This document shows positions 10,005-20,259 of a DNA stretch of 64,000 bases, in pieces. Numbering within the stretch: the first letter of the stretch is position 1; each line of letters opens with the position of its first letter. Source of the stretch: a candidate division FCPU426 bacterium. GTDB lineage: Bacteria; Oederibacteriota; Muellerivitia; Muellerivitales; Muellerivitaceae. The stretch spans positions 1,024,001 through 1,088,000 of the forward strand of contig CAWCKJ010000004.1 of NCBI GenBank assembly GCA_963796105.1, written 5' to 3'. Under the pieces are notes generated by a model, which saw only the letters and a list, made by a program, of their open reading frames with translations, ran no database searches and had not been told where the DNA came from. The position numbers were made by a program, and so were the translations under genes.

Positions 10005-10220
10005 TTAGGAGGACGTCATCATTTTCTTCGGGCGGACCCATAAGGCGATTTCGTCGGTGGCCCAGATCTCATCCGGCAGTTCGGAATTGATGTAGACCCT
10101 TACGTATTTCTTCTTGTTGGAAATGGAAGTGTTGATTTCCTTGACGTTGAGGACGGTCCCCACCTTCCGGGTTAGGATATTAAAAACCTCGTCATTGGGC
10201 TCGAACTGGAAATCCGGCAT
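10005..10220 (-). CDS. Small hypothetical protein (possible SH3-like fold)
   Basis: GGAGGAG RBS, 71 aa. Confidence 0.55.
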   Translation of the reverse strand: MPDFQFEPNDEVFNILTRKVGTVLNVKEINTSISNKKKYVRVYINSELPDEIWATDEIALWVRPKKMMTSS

Positions 10221-10438
10221 AGTCGCTCCTCCTACTCACCTATAAACATTTTACCCCAAAAAACACGGGATTCATTTCAAAAGTAGGAGAATTCAAATGA
10301 AATGAGGGCTGATTCTTTGAAAATGACTGAAAAGATTAAATTTTTCCGTCTCAATGGGGGAACTTGAATTCCAAGCGAATATTTTCATTCCTCTTGACCG
10401 GCGTGTTTTATCTCGAAGTATTTCTAATTGAAGACAAT

Positions 10439-10468
10439 AAAAAAGCCGGGGCTGGAAAACCCGGCTTT
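10439..10468 (-). terminator. Terminator of the yceI-like gene
   Basis: AAAGCCGGG/CCCGGCTTT stem plus U run on the minus strand. Confidence 0.75.
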
Positions 10469-10479
10469 CAATGATTGAT

Positions 10480-11151
10480 TTATTTTTTCGAGTTCTCTGA
10501 GGATTTGGCTTTCATTTTATGCATTATATTACCCAGGCTTGTTTTGTCCATACCTGCAATGTCCAGGGTAATAGTCACGTCGTTTCCCACCATTAGATTC
10601 TTTCCGCCGGATAGTTTGTCCTGGCCCCAGTCCAGTTTGAAATCTCTCCGGTCGATTTTGGTTGTTGCTGAAAAACCAACTATCTTGGCGGTCATCTTCC
10701 CTTCCTTGTCCATCGGCATGGTGTCTTCGCCCATGTAGTCCGCATCCAACACGACTGATTTGGTGACTCCATGCATAGTCAGATCGCCGGTCACTTTGTA
10801 TTGGCTATCTCCATCACCCTTGGCCACGCTTTTACTGACGAAAATAAGAGTGGGGTATTTTTCAACGTCAAAAAAATCGGGGGATTGGAGGTGCTTATCC
10901 CTCATCTCGTTGCCTGTGCTTATGCTGGCGGCTTGGATGGTCACTTTGATCTTGGCTGTTTCAGGTTTTTTTGGGTCAAAGCTGAAGGAACCGTCGTAAT
11001 CCTTGAATTCCCCCGGAACCGGGCTCAGGATGTGACGCACGGAAAAGCCAATGTGAGTATGGGCTTTATCAAACCCGTATTCGGTGGCCCCGGCGGTGAT
11101 GAAAATCCCCGAAAATAAGAGCACTACCATAGTCAAAAGAACCTTTTTCAT
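10480..11151 (-). CDS. YceI-family lipid/polyisoprenoid-binding protein
   Basis: DKAHT.IGF.VRH, RDKHL.S.DFFDVEKYP, GDLT.HGVTK. Confidence 0.93.
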   Translation of the reverse strand: MKKVLLTMVVLLFSGIFITAGATEYGFDKAHTHIGFSVRHILSPVPGEFKDYDGSFSFDPKKPETAKIKVTIQAASISTGNEMRDKHLQSPDFFDVEKYPTLIFVSKSVAKGDGDSQYKVTGDLTMHGVTKSVVLDADYMGEDTMPMDKEGKMTAKIVGFSATTKIDRRDFKLDWGQDKLSGGKNLMVGNDVTITLDIAGMDKTSLGNIMHKMKAKSSENSKK

Positions 11152-11251
11152 GTTCGCAAACTCCTTTCTTGATTTGCTTCTAAATTGGACATATATATAA
11201 GTAGGGTGATTACTAAAGGAAAGTAGCCTTTGGGTAATTTTTTAAGAATAA

Positions 11252-11269
11252 GGTTACGGTTCAGTAACC
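11252..11269. promoter_or_regulatory. Palindromic operator between yceI and the HxlR regulator
   Basis: GGTTAC-N6-GTAACC in the divergent intergenic region. Confidence 0.5.
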
Positions 11270-11305
11270 GTTATTAGCCCATATTCCCTCGTTTTTGGAG
11301 GAAAA

Positions 11306-11755
11306 TTGATCCGCCATCGAGCCAATAAATCAGGGCCTGCGCCCAAAAGCTGTCCCCTGGAAGCCGGATTGAAGATATTATCGGGGGCTTGGTCCCCTCA
11401 AATCCTTTGGTACCTCCAAGCCGAACCAAGGCGATTCGGGGACCTGAAAAGGGATTTAGGCAAGATTTCCGCAAAGGTCCTCACCACCCGCCTGAGGGAA
11501 TTGGAAAAAAGAGGGGTAGTCGCCCGCGCAGTAATGCACACCTCCCCTCCCACCGTGGAATATTCCTTGACCGAGTTGGGACGCAAAATGAACCCCATCT
11601 TGGAAATCATCGCCGAGGTAGGGAAGGATCTCACCTTTACCACTTCTGGAGAAGGAATTCTCGAGAGAAAGGAAAAAGAGAAAACAGCTCCCGCGAAAGT
11701 TGGATCGATCGGCTGGGATGTTTCTCTTTCCCCGCGGGATTTACCGTTAGTTTGA
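11306..11755 (+). CDS. HxlR-family winged-helix regulator
   Basis: CP.E..L.IL.G.W, RRFGDL, IS.KVL..RLRELE, PP.VEYSLT. Confidence 0.92.
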   Translation: MIRHRANKSGPAPKSCPLEAGLKILSGAWSPQILWYLQAEPRRFGDLKRDLGKISAKVLTTRLRELEKRGVVARAVMHTSPPTVEYSLTELGRKMNPILEIIAEVGKDLTFTTSGEGILERKEKEKTAPAKVGSIGWDVSLSPRDLPLV

Positions 11756-12357
11756 TTTTCCTAGTTGGCGGACTTCCTGTTTTTATCAATTTTCCTGCGT
11801 TGCTTTCGAATTCAAATTTCATTTTTATTCCCGAATGGTAATGCTTTTGATAACCTCAGGATCCGCTCTATTGAATGATCTTTTCCTCAAATACAATTCA
11901 ATCCTTGCATTCACACTTAAGAAATTGATTTAGGAATTTCCCGTAAAATTAGGTATCTTCAATATTTGAAGGAAATATTTGTCCGCCCCAAAATGTTTTG
12001 TGTAGTCTCCTGGCGAGTTGAGTGAAAATGATGAATACTTCTAGATTTATTTCCTGATTTATCTGATTTAAATCATAGAAAATAAGGGAGTGGAGTCCTA
12101 TATTTCTTTCAGGCGCGGGGTTCTTTAATGGCACCAATGAGGTGCCACGGGCATATTGCCCGACGTGGTAAGAAAGGGACCTCCGCCAACACCCTGGGTG
12201 GCTCCCCTACCTGGGGTTTTTTATTTTCCGGCACTTTCTTTTCCACCGAATAAATAACCAGCGACAATCGTCACAAAAGTTACTTTTCATCACAAATGGT
12301 TAAAACCACGTTTCGTTTTATCCGGGTTCTAAAAGCAGATTTTGTTTTGGAGGACGC

Positions 12358-13458
12358 TTAAGTCGGTTGGTAAACACAGAAAGGGTCCGCCCCCATCATA
12401 TCGCCTGTCAGGGCGTAACTCCGGGCGCGGGAGCCCCCACAATAATAGCGGTACTCGCACCGGCCGCATTTTCCCTGAAGCGCGTCGGAATCCCTAAGTT
12501 TCACGAACATATCGTTTTTCTGGTAGATATCGGCCAAGGGTTGACTCTTAACATTCCCACCGGGGATGGGCAGGAAGCCGCTGGGACAAACTTCCCCAGT
12601 ATGGGAAATGAAAACGAAGCCGCGGCCGTCATTGACTCCCAGAGCGGCCCGGATGAGTCCGGGATCCACTCCCCTCTGGATGGCTTCCTCCAACTTGTCG
12701 GGCTTTACCCCGGCGCGCTGAAGAATCACCCGCCTGAAATGATGGGCCTCGGTGGTTTTGATGTCAAACCAGCCTTCCCTCAGAATGTCATAAAGCTGAT
12801 TCAATACGACTTCCGACTCCGAGGCGTTAAAAGCCTGGGATTTGTCGGCGCGGCCGGTGGGTACCAGGAAAAAGACCGACCAGCGCTCTATGCCATAAGG
12901 TTTCAAGAGCCTTGCGATATCCCATATTTGGGTTTGGTTATGTTTCCCCACGGTCGTATTGACCTGGAGCCGCATGCCTAATTGCTGGACATAAGCCATA
13001 GTTTCCACACAGCGTTTGAAGGTTCCGGGAATGCCCCGGAAAGTATCGTGGGTTTTTGCGTCAGCGCCATCGATGGAAATGGAAATTCCCTTCAAGCCCG
13101 CTTCCTTCAACTCTTTTAATTTATCGCAAGTCAAAAGAGGGGTGACCGATGGGGCCAAGGCGAAATTCATATCCAATTTTGCGCATTCCCGGATCAGGTC
13201 CATGATGTCTGCACGTTTTAAGGGGTCACCGCCTGTAATGACAAACAGCGGGACTTTCCACTCGGCAATTTGATGGATCAGATCCAGGGCCTGGCGGGTA
13301 TCCAACTCGTCGGGATAAGGGATGGGTTCTGCGGCGGCCCGGCAATGCACACAGGCCAGGTCGCAGGCTCGGGTAGCCTCATATATAGCGATAAAAGGTT
13401 TATCGGAATAGCGGTGGTTAGGCTTGGTTCCGAAAGCTTGAAATTGGCGTGATTCCAT
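12358..13458 (-). CDS. Radical SAM/SPASM enzyme, NirJ/AhbD-like (heme biosynthesis related)
   Basis: TRACDLACVHCRA, TGGDPL, SPASM CGRCEY..YCGGSRAR..DPFC. Confidence 0.85.
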   Translation of the reverse strand: MESRQFQAFGTKPNHRYSDKPFIAIYEATRACDLACVHCRAAAEPIPYPDELDTRQALDLIHQIAEWKVPLFVITGGDPLKRADIMDLIRECAKLDMNFALAPSVTPLLTCDKLKELKEAGLKGISISIDGADAKTHDTFRGIPGTFKRCVETMAYVQQLGMRLQVNTTVGKHNQTQIWDIARLLKPYGIERWSVFFLVPTGRADKSQAFNASESEVVLNQLYDILREGWFDIKTTEAHHFRRVILQRAGVKPDKLEEAIQRGVDPGLIRAALGVNDGRGFVFISHTGEVCPSGFLPIPGGNVKSQPLADIYQKNDMFVKLRDSDALQGKCGRCEYRYYCGGSRARSYALTGDMMGADPFCVYQPT

Positions 13459-13713
13459 CTTTTCTCCCCGGGTTTTCTTTTGCCGCCTCGATGAAAATGA
13501 ATCTTGACTATAAAATGACGAGTTAATTTGGATGACCGATTTCAAGAATGTCTTAAATCATTGCCAGTAAAATATCAAGGGGCCCTTTACTTGTTTAGAA
13601 GGGACTCTTAGAATGACTTTATCGTTTTCGAGTGATAAGCTTACAGTATGACAACCAGAACCACATGGGTGATTGCTGGTTTTAATGTTTTAAAAAAATT
13701 AAGGAGTTTTGAA

Positions 13714-13953
13714 ATGGGCGGACGTTTTGGGGAGTTATTGCTTTTATTAATCGTGGCCCTGCTTCTTTTCGGACCCAGCAAACTGCCGGATTTGGCGCGG
13801 GCAATGGGGGAGGCTCTACGCGAATTTAAAAAAGCCGCCAATCCAGACCAACCTAGCCGGTCTTCTGGCCCTGATGTTTCCCCTAACCAAGCCGCGGCGC
13901 TTCCGGCCGAACAAAAGGACGCGCCGAAAAAAGAGGGATCGCCGATTTCGTAA
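13714..13953 (+). CDS. tatA: Twin-arginine translocase TatA/E
   Basis: G.ELL.....LLLFGPSKLPDLARAMG.ALREFKK. Confidence 0.95.
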   Translation: MGGRFGELLLLLIVALLLFGPSKLPDLARAMGEALREFKKAANPDQPSRSSGPDVSPNQAAALPAEQKDAPKKEGSPIS

Positions 13954-13978
13954 GGTTCTGGGTATAAGCCGACATTGA

Positions 13979-14010
13979 GCGCCGTTTCCGGAAGGGGACG
14001 GCGTTTTTTT
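13979..14010 (+). terminator. Terminator after tatA
   Basis: CGCCGTTTCC/GGGGACGGCG stem plus T8. Confidence 0.7.
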
Positions 14011-14164
14011 ATGGGCATAAAGGGCGGTTTCTTAGGGATTCTTGGGTGAAAACAGACCTGATTGAAAATTACGGGCGAAGTTCCACCCGCCATGGAAAAA
14101 ATTATTTTCTAATTGAACCATCCTCAGATAAGACAAATCCGATGGACCATTAAAGGGAACATCC

Positions 14165-15580
14165 TTGAGTTCATTCCTAAGAAGAGGTTTTAAATTTCTT
14201 TCCTCTGTTCAATTGGCTTTGCCTATGCTGCTGATTCTAGCTTCGGTTTTGGCGTCAGGGACGATTGTGGAGTCTTTATACTCAACTGCGGTGGCCAAAA
14301 GGTTTGTTTACGGGACCTGGTGGTTTGGGGTCTTCTTGTTCCTGTTGGGAGTCAATGTTCTCTGCTCAGCCCTATCTAGATTACCGTGGAAGAAACACCA
14401 TACTGGTTTTGTCATCACCCATTTGGGAATTCTTTTTATCCTCGTAGGATCATTGGTCACCCAAAAATTCGGCTCTGACGGCCAAATCGCCCTGGCGGAG
14501 GGCGAGGAGGGAAATCTTTTTCAGGAAGAAAAGCCCACTCTTTACTTCCAAATTGGTGATGACGCTCCTTTCCAGGTACCGGCATCTTTTCCGCTTCGCG
14601 CTACAAGTTCGGACAATCCCAAGATCATCCAGCTTCCGGGTGGGGGTCTTCTGATGTTGGATCAATTTATATTTAATGCCAGGAAAAAGGTTACCGCGAA
14701 GATTCCAGATAAGGACGAAAGAGGATTTCCCGCCATTCACCTGTCATTGGCCAGTTCGTTCGTCCAGGAAGACCGGTGGATGTTTTTGGGAAGTCCCGAT
14801 TACAGCCGCTTGGATATGGGCCCAGCGTCCGTTTTTTTTGAGAGGGAAGATATTTGGAGGAAAAAATTTAAGTCCCTTGTGATGGAAGGTTCCAACGTTT
14901 TGGCGGTGCTGCTCAAGCCGGACGGAAATCTTCAATATCAAATCCGGAAAAGGGGAAGCTGGGAACCTGAAAAAAAATTGGAGCCTGATGAGGAAATCCT
15001 CACGGGTTGGATGGATATGAAGTTTAAGGTTTCGGAAAGCCTGCATGAAGGCCTGCCAAAGGAATATTTTAGCGAGGAGCCGTTACAATCAAAAAGCGAT
15101 CTCCAGCCAGCCCTTCACTATGAAGTTATCCGTGACACTGACAGGAAGGAAGGTTGGATCGGTTACGAAAGCCAGGCCAGCTTCATCCTACACGGGGAAA
15201 AGTTCGCGATGGCCTACGGGCCTCTACAAGAGCTCTTGCCCTTTTCTGTCCGGCTTAAAAAATTCAACATGGGTTTTGACCCCGGCACGACGAAACCAGC
15301 CTCGTTTGAAAGCGATGTTTTTTATACAGATCCAGAAAAAGGAATCCAACTGGCGGCTGTCATCAGCATGAACCAACCCCTCCATTACATGGGTTACACC
15401 TTGTTTCAGGCCAGTTATTCGCCCGCGGGAAACGGCAAGTATGTCTCGGTCCTCTCCGTTGGAAGGGACCCCGGACTTTGGCTGAAATACGGGGGGGCCT
15501 TGATTCTCGTTTTAGGGATTATTTTTATGTTCTGGTTCAAGAACCCGGCCTGGAAAAAAAGGGAGCAAAATAGTTCCTAG
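14165..15580 (+). CDS. ResB/CcsB-like cytochrome c biogenesis protein (copy 1)
   Basis: LSS..LA...L, GF.ITHLG, ISMN.PL.Y.GY..FQASY, DPG...KY.G. Confidence 0.85.
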   Translation: MSSFLRRGFKFLSSVQLALPMLLILASVLASGTIVESLYSTAVAKRFVYGTWWFGVFLFLLGVNVLCSALSRLPWKKHHTGFVITHLGILFILVGSLVTQKFGSDGQIALAEGEEGNLFQEEKPTLYFQIGDDAPFQVPASFPLRATSSDNPKIIQLPGGGLLMLDQFIFNARKKVTAKIPDKDERGFPAIHLSLASSFVQEDRWMFLGSPDYSRLDMGPASVFFEREDIWRKKFKSLVMEGSNVLAVLLKPDGNLQYQIRKRGSWEPEKKLEPDEEILTGWMDMKFKVSESLHEGLPKEYFSEEPLQSKSDLQPALHYEVIRDTDRKEGWIGYESQASFILHGEKFAMAYGPLQELLPFSVRLKKFNMGFDPGTTKPASFESDVFYTDPEKGIQLAAVISMNQPLHYMGYTLFQASYSPAGNGKYVSVLSVGRDPGLWLKYGGALILVLGIIFMFWFKNPAWKKREQNSS

Positions 15581-15662
15581 TGACACCGTGGAATAGTATC
15601 CCTTGCAACCGCAAAAGACTTTATGATGGTTAAGCTAAATTTGATTTTCAAAGCGAGCTTTT

Positions 15663-16466
15663 ATGATCAATCCAAAAGAACAACCCCGCTATTTTTTCGA
15701 TCATCTCGTGGAATTGCGCAAAGGACTGATTCATTCCCTAGTTTATACAACTTTGGGGATTGGGTTGGCCTTTTGGAAATCCGGACTCCTCTTCAATGTT
15801 CTTTTGCATCCACTGCAGAGAGTCATGGAAAATTTTCCTCTCGCTTCGCTGCAGGTGGGCGGTCTCCAGACCCTGGTCCCAGTCGAGGCCTTCATGATCA
15901 ATATGAAGCTGGCCACGGCGGCCGGGTTGATCCTGGCTTCGCCCTTTATTTTGTGGGAAGCCTGGAACTTTATCAGTCCCGCCTTGAAGTTCAAGGAGCG
16001 GGGAGCCATTCTCATGGTCTTTTGCCTGGGGCTTATCTTTTTCACAGCGGGTGCGGCTTTCAGTTATTTTCTGGTCATCCCCATGGCCCTTCATTTCCTG
16101 GTTCAATATAACCTTGAATACCATTTTATCCCGCGCTGGACCCTGCAGGGTTATTTCAACTTTACAGTGAATTTCACGCTCATTTTCGGGTTGATATTCG
16201 AGTTTCCCCTGGTGTTGGCGGCGCTGGCCGCCATTGGAATCGTCACGCCTGAATTCATGGCCCAAAAACGGCGGATGGCGGTCATGGGTATCTTCATCCT
16301 GGCGGTCGCCTTGGCGCCCAGCGCCGATCCCATTACCATGCTGGTGGTGGCCATGCCCATGGTGGTTCTTTACGAGCTGGGAATTGGAATGTCCCGCTTG
16401 GTTTTCTTCCGGAGAAAGAAAAGAGAAGAAGCAAAAAGAACCGGGTCCGTGGAAATCCTGAAATAG
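15663..16466 (+). CDS. tatC: Twin-arginine translocase TatC
   Basis: HLVELR, W.FISPAL...ER, FGLIFEFP, DP.TM, LYE. Confidence 0.95.
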   Translation: MINPKEQPRYFFDHLVELRKGLIHSLVYTTLGIGLAFWKSGLLFNVLLHPLQRVMENFPLASLQVGGLQTLVPVEAFMINMKLATAAGLILASPFILWEAWNFISPALKFKERGAILMVFCLGLIFFTAGAAFSYFLVIPMALHFLVQYNLEYHFIPRWTLQGYFNFTVNFTLIFGLIFEFPLVLAALAAIGIVTPEFMAQKRRMAVMGIFILAVALAPSADPITMLVVAMPMVVLYELGIGMSRLVFFRRKKREEAKRTGSVEILK

Positions 16467-16740
16467 TTCCGAGTGCAGCTATCCGAAGAACGAATCTAGT
16501 AGGGTGCTGAAAAATTCCCCAAAACGGACTTTTTCAGCTGACGACATTTGCGGAAACCCCACGATTCCTGCGGAATCTTTGGGGTCGCCGGCTGCTTTGT
16601 GGGCCTATGTTTACTTTTTCAGCAGCCTGCTAGTGAAAAACAGGGCATTGCGCCTTATTTCATTATTTTCAAAAAGAAGCGCAATGGATTCTGTTCAGGG
16701 CGAAGCGCCCAGGTAACGAGGCTGAAATCAATCTGACGTT

Positions 16741-18369
16741 TTACTTTCCCTGTTGGAACAAGTATTGAGCCAAGTCGTTGATTTGAGTGTCGGTTAATTG
16801 TCCCTCGAAGGTCTGCATGGCGGAATCCGGGTTCATCTTGACCGGGTTCTTGACGTAGGAGGCGATGTAATCCGCGTCCCGGGCCTGGCCGATGTGGGAA
16901 AGATCCGGGCCGATGTCCTCGCCCACTCCATGGAACTTGTGGCAGGTCGAGCAGTTATCCTCGAAAAGCCGGGGGGCTTGCGCCGTGAAAGTGCCTCCGC
17001 CCAAACTACTCATGTAGGCCACTAACGCCTCCACCTCGCCGTCCATCAGGTTGAAATTGGGCATCTTGGTTCCGGGGGTAATCTTTTTGGGGTCCCGGAA
17101 ATGCATGGCCAGCCAATCCCGGCCCCTGCGCATTCCGACTTTGTCGAGGACCGGGCCGACTGTCCCGCCCTGTCCATTCAATTGGTGGCAGTATTTGCAG
17201 TTGAGGGCCTGAAAAAGCCTTTTGCCGGCTGTCACCAGGGGGTCCTTCTTGACATCCGGATTCGTCAGGGGAGAGCGCGCGCCCAGCACGGTGAGAACAA
17301 TCAATCCCGCGATGGCGGCCACGCCAGCACCGGTCCATAACGGTCTTTGCAATGGATGACGTTTTGGATTTTTATCCAGGAAGGGCAGGAGGAACAAAAA
17401 TCCGAACGCGATCGTCGGGAGCAGGACAATAGCGAAGGTTTCCAAGGATCCCGGGAAATACTTCAAGAGTTGAAACACGGAAAGGAAGTACCATTCGGGA
17501 CGGGGATTGTAAGTCGTGTCGTTGGGATTCGCCAGGTCTTCCAGTTCCGCTGGGCGGAAATAAGCGATCAGGGAGAGGACCAAAAAAACCAGCATGACCG
17601 CGACCATATCCTTAAAAATAATATAGGGGAAAAAAGACAAGCCTTGGGCTTTCAACTGCAGATACCTCTGCTTGAAGCGGGATTTCCAATCTTCCGCGAG
17701 GGCATCGGCGGGTTCCAGTTTTTCCGGCGGGGCTGAGATGCTATGCCAGACGACCAAGAACAAATGCAACGCCATCAGAGAGAGAAGGAGGGCTGGAAAG
17801 ACCAGCACGTGAATGGCGTAAAAGCGCGCGAGGGTGACGGCTCCCAGATCCTGGCTGCCCTTCATGATTTTGGCCAGGGAAGGCCCTAGGTATGGGACCT
17901 GCTCCACCATATGGGCTCCTACGGTGGTCGCCCAATAGGCTTTTTGATCCCAAGGCAAGAGGTATCCGGTGAAGCCGAATCCCACTACGAGACAAAAGAG
18001 CCCGACCCCCGTCAGCCAAGTGATCTCCCGGGGATACTTATAGGCTCCCATGAAAAAAACACGGATCAAGTGCAAGGTTACCGCCACCACCATGCCCGTG
18101 GCCCCCCACTTATGAATGGCCCGGATCCATCTGCCCATCGGTATCTCGTTGCTGAGGTAGCGGACCGAATCATAAGCGTGATCGGTCGAGGGGGAATAAT
18201 GCATGGCCAGGAGGATGCCTGTTACGGCCTGGATCACGAAAAGGAAAAGAGTCACGCTTCCCAGCGTATACCACCAGTTCACTCCCTTGGGTATGTGGCG
18301 GTCGAGGATAACTTCCTTTATTTTTTTCCAGCCTGTTCGTTCGTCCAGCCAGTCGAGGATTTCTTTCAT
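16741..18369 (-). CDS. Cytochrome b (bc complex) fused to two c-type heme domains
   Basis: R..H.WGA, H..RVF, GYLLPWDQ, PEWY, plus CKYCH and CSTCH. Confidence 0.92.
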   Translation of the reverse strand: MKEILDWLDERTGWKKIKEVILDRHIPKGVNWWYTLGSVTLFLFVIQAVTGILLAMHYSPSTDHAYDSVRYLSNEIPMGRWIRAIHKWGATGMVVAVTLHLIRVFFMGAYKYPREITWLTGVGLFCLVVGFGFTGYLLPWDQKAYWATTVGAHMVEQVPYLGPSLAKIMKGSQDLGAVTLARFYAIHVLVFPALLLSLMALHLFLVVWHSISAPPEKLEPADALAEDWKSRFKQRYLQLKAQGLSFFPYIIFKDMVAVMLVFLVLSLIAYFRPAELEDLANPNDTTYNPRPEWYFLSVFQLLKYFPGSLETFAIVLLPTIAFGFLFLLPFLDKNPKRHPLQRPLWTGAGVAAIAGLIVLTVLGARSPLTNPDVKKDPLVTAGKRLFQALNCKYCHQLNGQGGTVGPVLDKVGMRRGRDWLAMHFRDPKKITPGTKMPNFNLMDGEVEALVAYMSSLGGGTFTAQAPRLFEDNCSTCHKFHGVGEDIGPDLSHIGQARDADYIASYVKNPVKMNPDSAMQTFEGQLTDTQINDLAQYLFQQGK

Positions 18370-18872
18370 GAATTAGCCTCCTCGGGCAGGATCGAGACGA
18401 CTCCGTTCACCACTTTCACGGGATAACGGTCCAAGGGCCGGGGCGGGGGGCCTGAAACCACCTTGCCGTTTTTGTCGAAAACCCCGTTATGGCAAGGGCA
18501 GAGAAAAAGTTTTTTATCGGGATCCCAACGGTAAGGACAGCCCAGGTGGGTGCAATGGGGATTGAACGCCGTGAGGTTTCCATTGTCCTTCAACAGCCAA
18601 ACCGTTCCCCCGGTTTCGGTGGTCGTCCAACCATCCGTGAGCCGCTGGATAAATTCCTTCTTAACTGGCTGGCCCTCCAGCAAATCCGCCTCGGGTCCGG
18701 CTTCCACCCAGTTCTCTTTTTTCCTCAGCCAGGCAGGGGAAAGGAAATAAACAGCCCCTCCACCGCCCAGGACAAAAGCGATCACGCCTCCTAAAAACGT
18801 GATAGCCCCAGCCAGGAATTTCCTGCGTCCGGAATCGACGGGGTCAGAGATTTTTTTATCGGAAGGACACAT
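18366..18872 (-). CDS. Rieske 2Fe-2S subunit with Tat signal
   Basis: SGRRKFL, CTHLGC, CPCH, GPPPRPL. Confidence 0.93.
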   Translation of the reverse strand: MCPSDKKISDPVDSGRRKFLAGAITFLGGVIAFVLGGGGAVYFLSPAWLRKKENWVEAGPEADLLEGQPVKKEFIQRLTDGWTTTETGGTVWLLKDNGNLTAFNPHCTHLGCPYRWDPDKKLFLCPCHNGVFDKNGKVVSGPPPRPLDRYPVKVVNGVVSILPEEANS

Positions 18873-18975
18873 GATTTTCTCCTTAACGATATTCACCGCG
18901 CTGAAACGCGTTCATAATCCTGTGTTCTTTTGCATGAAGGAATCCGTTCCACAAAAGGCTGGAACTTTGAGGCCC

Positions 18976-19368
18976 TTATTTTGCGATGCTGTTTTCTTCC
19001 ACGCTCTCATTTCCTGTCAGGGTTTTTACATACCAGGCGACATCGTGAATCTGGGCGTCGGTCAATTTGCCCCTATACTTGGGCATCCGGTGTTTGCCGG
19101 TATCGACCATCGCCTCGATTTGATACGCCGACATTTTGATGACCTCGGCCCGGTGCAGGTCGACTTTTTTCACGGGAACCTTCAACAACTTGGCCATTTT
19201 CGGATTGCCCGCCCCGTCCTGCCCATGGCATCTGGCGCATTTCCCGTCGAAAAGTTTTTTCCCCAACTCCAGGTTTTCAGCTGAGGCCGCGGAAAAAATT
19301 AAAAAAGCCAATGCCGTTAAAAAATATATTGAGAAATCCCAGATGCGAATCATTTTCAAAATCCTCAT
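18976..19368 (-). CDS. Monoheme class I cytochrome c
   Basis: Signal peptide, CARCH, MPKY.GKLT. Confidence 0.9.
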   Translation of the reverse strand: MRILKMIRIWDFSIYFLTALAFLIFSAASAENLELGKKLFDGKCARCHGQDGAGNPKMAKLLKVPVKKVDLHRAEVIKMSAYQIEAMVDTGKHRMPKYRGKLTDAQIHDVAWYVKTLTGNESVEENSIAK

Positions 19369-19812
19369 GCGTTCCTCCTTTGAAAAAACACTCGGGTAAT
19401 ATTAAGCCGTTTTTTCTAACTACGCCACAGATTTTGAAAAGAGAATTCTGAGGCGTTCAGTGCCATAATTCATCCGGAAAAGGAGGAAAGCCGTCTTCAG
19501 GGTGGAAACATCCATTTTCGATATCGAAAAAATCACTTTCAACGCCGGAGGAATTTTAGTCTCTCGAGTCAAGAATTTCCAACTTAGGCGGGATACTCGA
19601 ACAGGGAAGGGGGAGTTTTATTTCGGGAAAGCCGGTCACAAAAAGTAACTTGGTATGCTTGTGATCAAAAAAATCAAAAATGCTGAATCTCTATGACTTC
19701 CATCATAATGAGTTTTTTTTTTGTCGTTCATCATGCGCTCAAGCCGAGATTTTGGTGGCGCCTATTGTCGTATCGTTGTGCGCATAAGAGACCACGCTTC
19801 GGCAGAGGAAAA

Positions 19813-20259
19813 ATGATTCCCTCACAAATTTGGAAACCTTTCACGATTTTCATCGTCATCATTGCACTTTTTGTTTTCGTACGGGGTTTTATGGTGCCGT
19901 CTTCCTTCGGACAGTACGGCCGTTTCCGGGGCGACGCCCTGGGGGAGATCGCCTCCAAACCCGTGCATTATGCCGGCAAAAAATCCTGCGTGGATTGTCA
20001 TGACAAGAGAGTCGAAGAAGTCAATAATTCCAAACATGCTTCCCAAAGCTGTGAAACCTGCCACGGGCCGTCCCAGAACCACGTGGACGATCCCTCGGTC
20101 GTCCCGCCGCTGAAGATGGGAAGCAACGAGTGGTGCCTGAAGTGCCATTCCAGCAACCCTTCTCGGCCGAAAGCGTTTCCCCAAGTGGTTGCATCCAAGC
20201 ATAACCCGGAAGTGAATTGCGTCGAATGCCATAATCCCCATCATCCGGAGAAACCATGA
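19813..20259 (+). CDS. Membrane-anchored tetraheme cytochrome c
   Basis: N-terminal TM; CVDCH, CETCH, CLKCH, CVECH. Confidence 0.9.
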   Translation: MIPSQIWKPFTIFIVIIALFVFVRGFMVPSSFGQYGRFRGDALGEIASKPVHYAGKKSCVDCHDKRVEEVNNSKHASQSCETCHGPSQNHVDDPSVVPPLKMGSNEWCLKCHSSNPSRPKAFPQVVASKHNPEVNCVECHNPHHPEKP

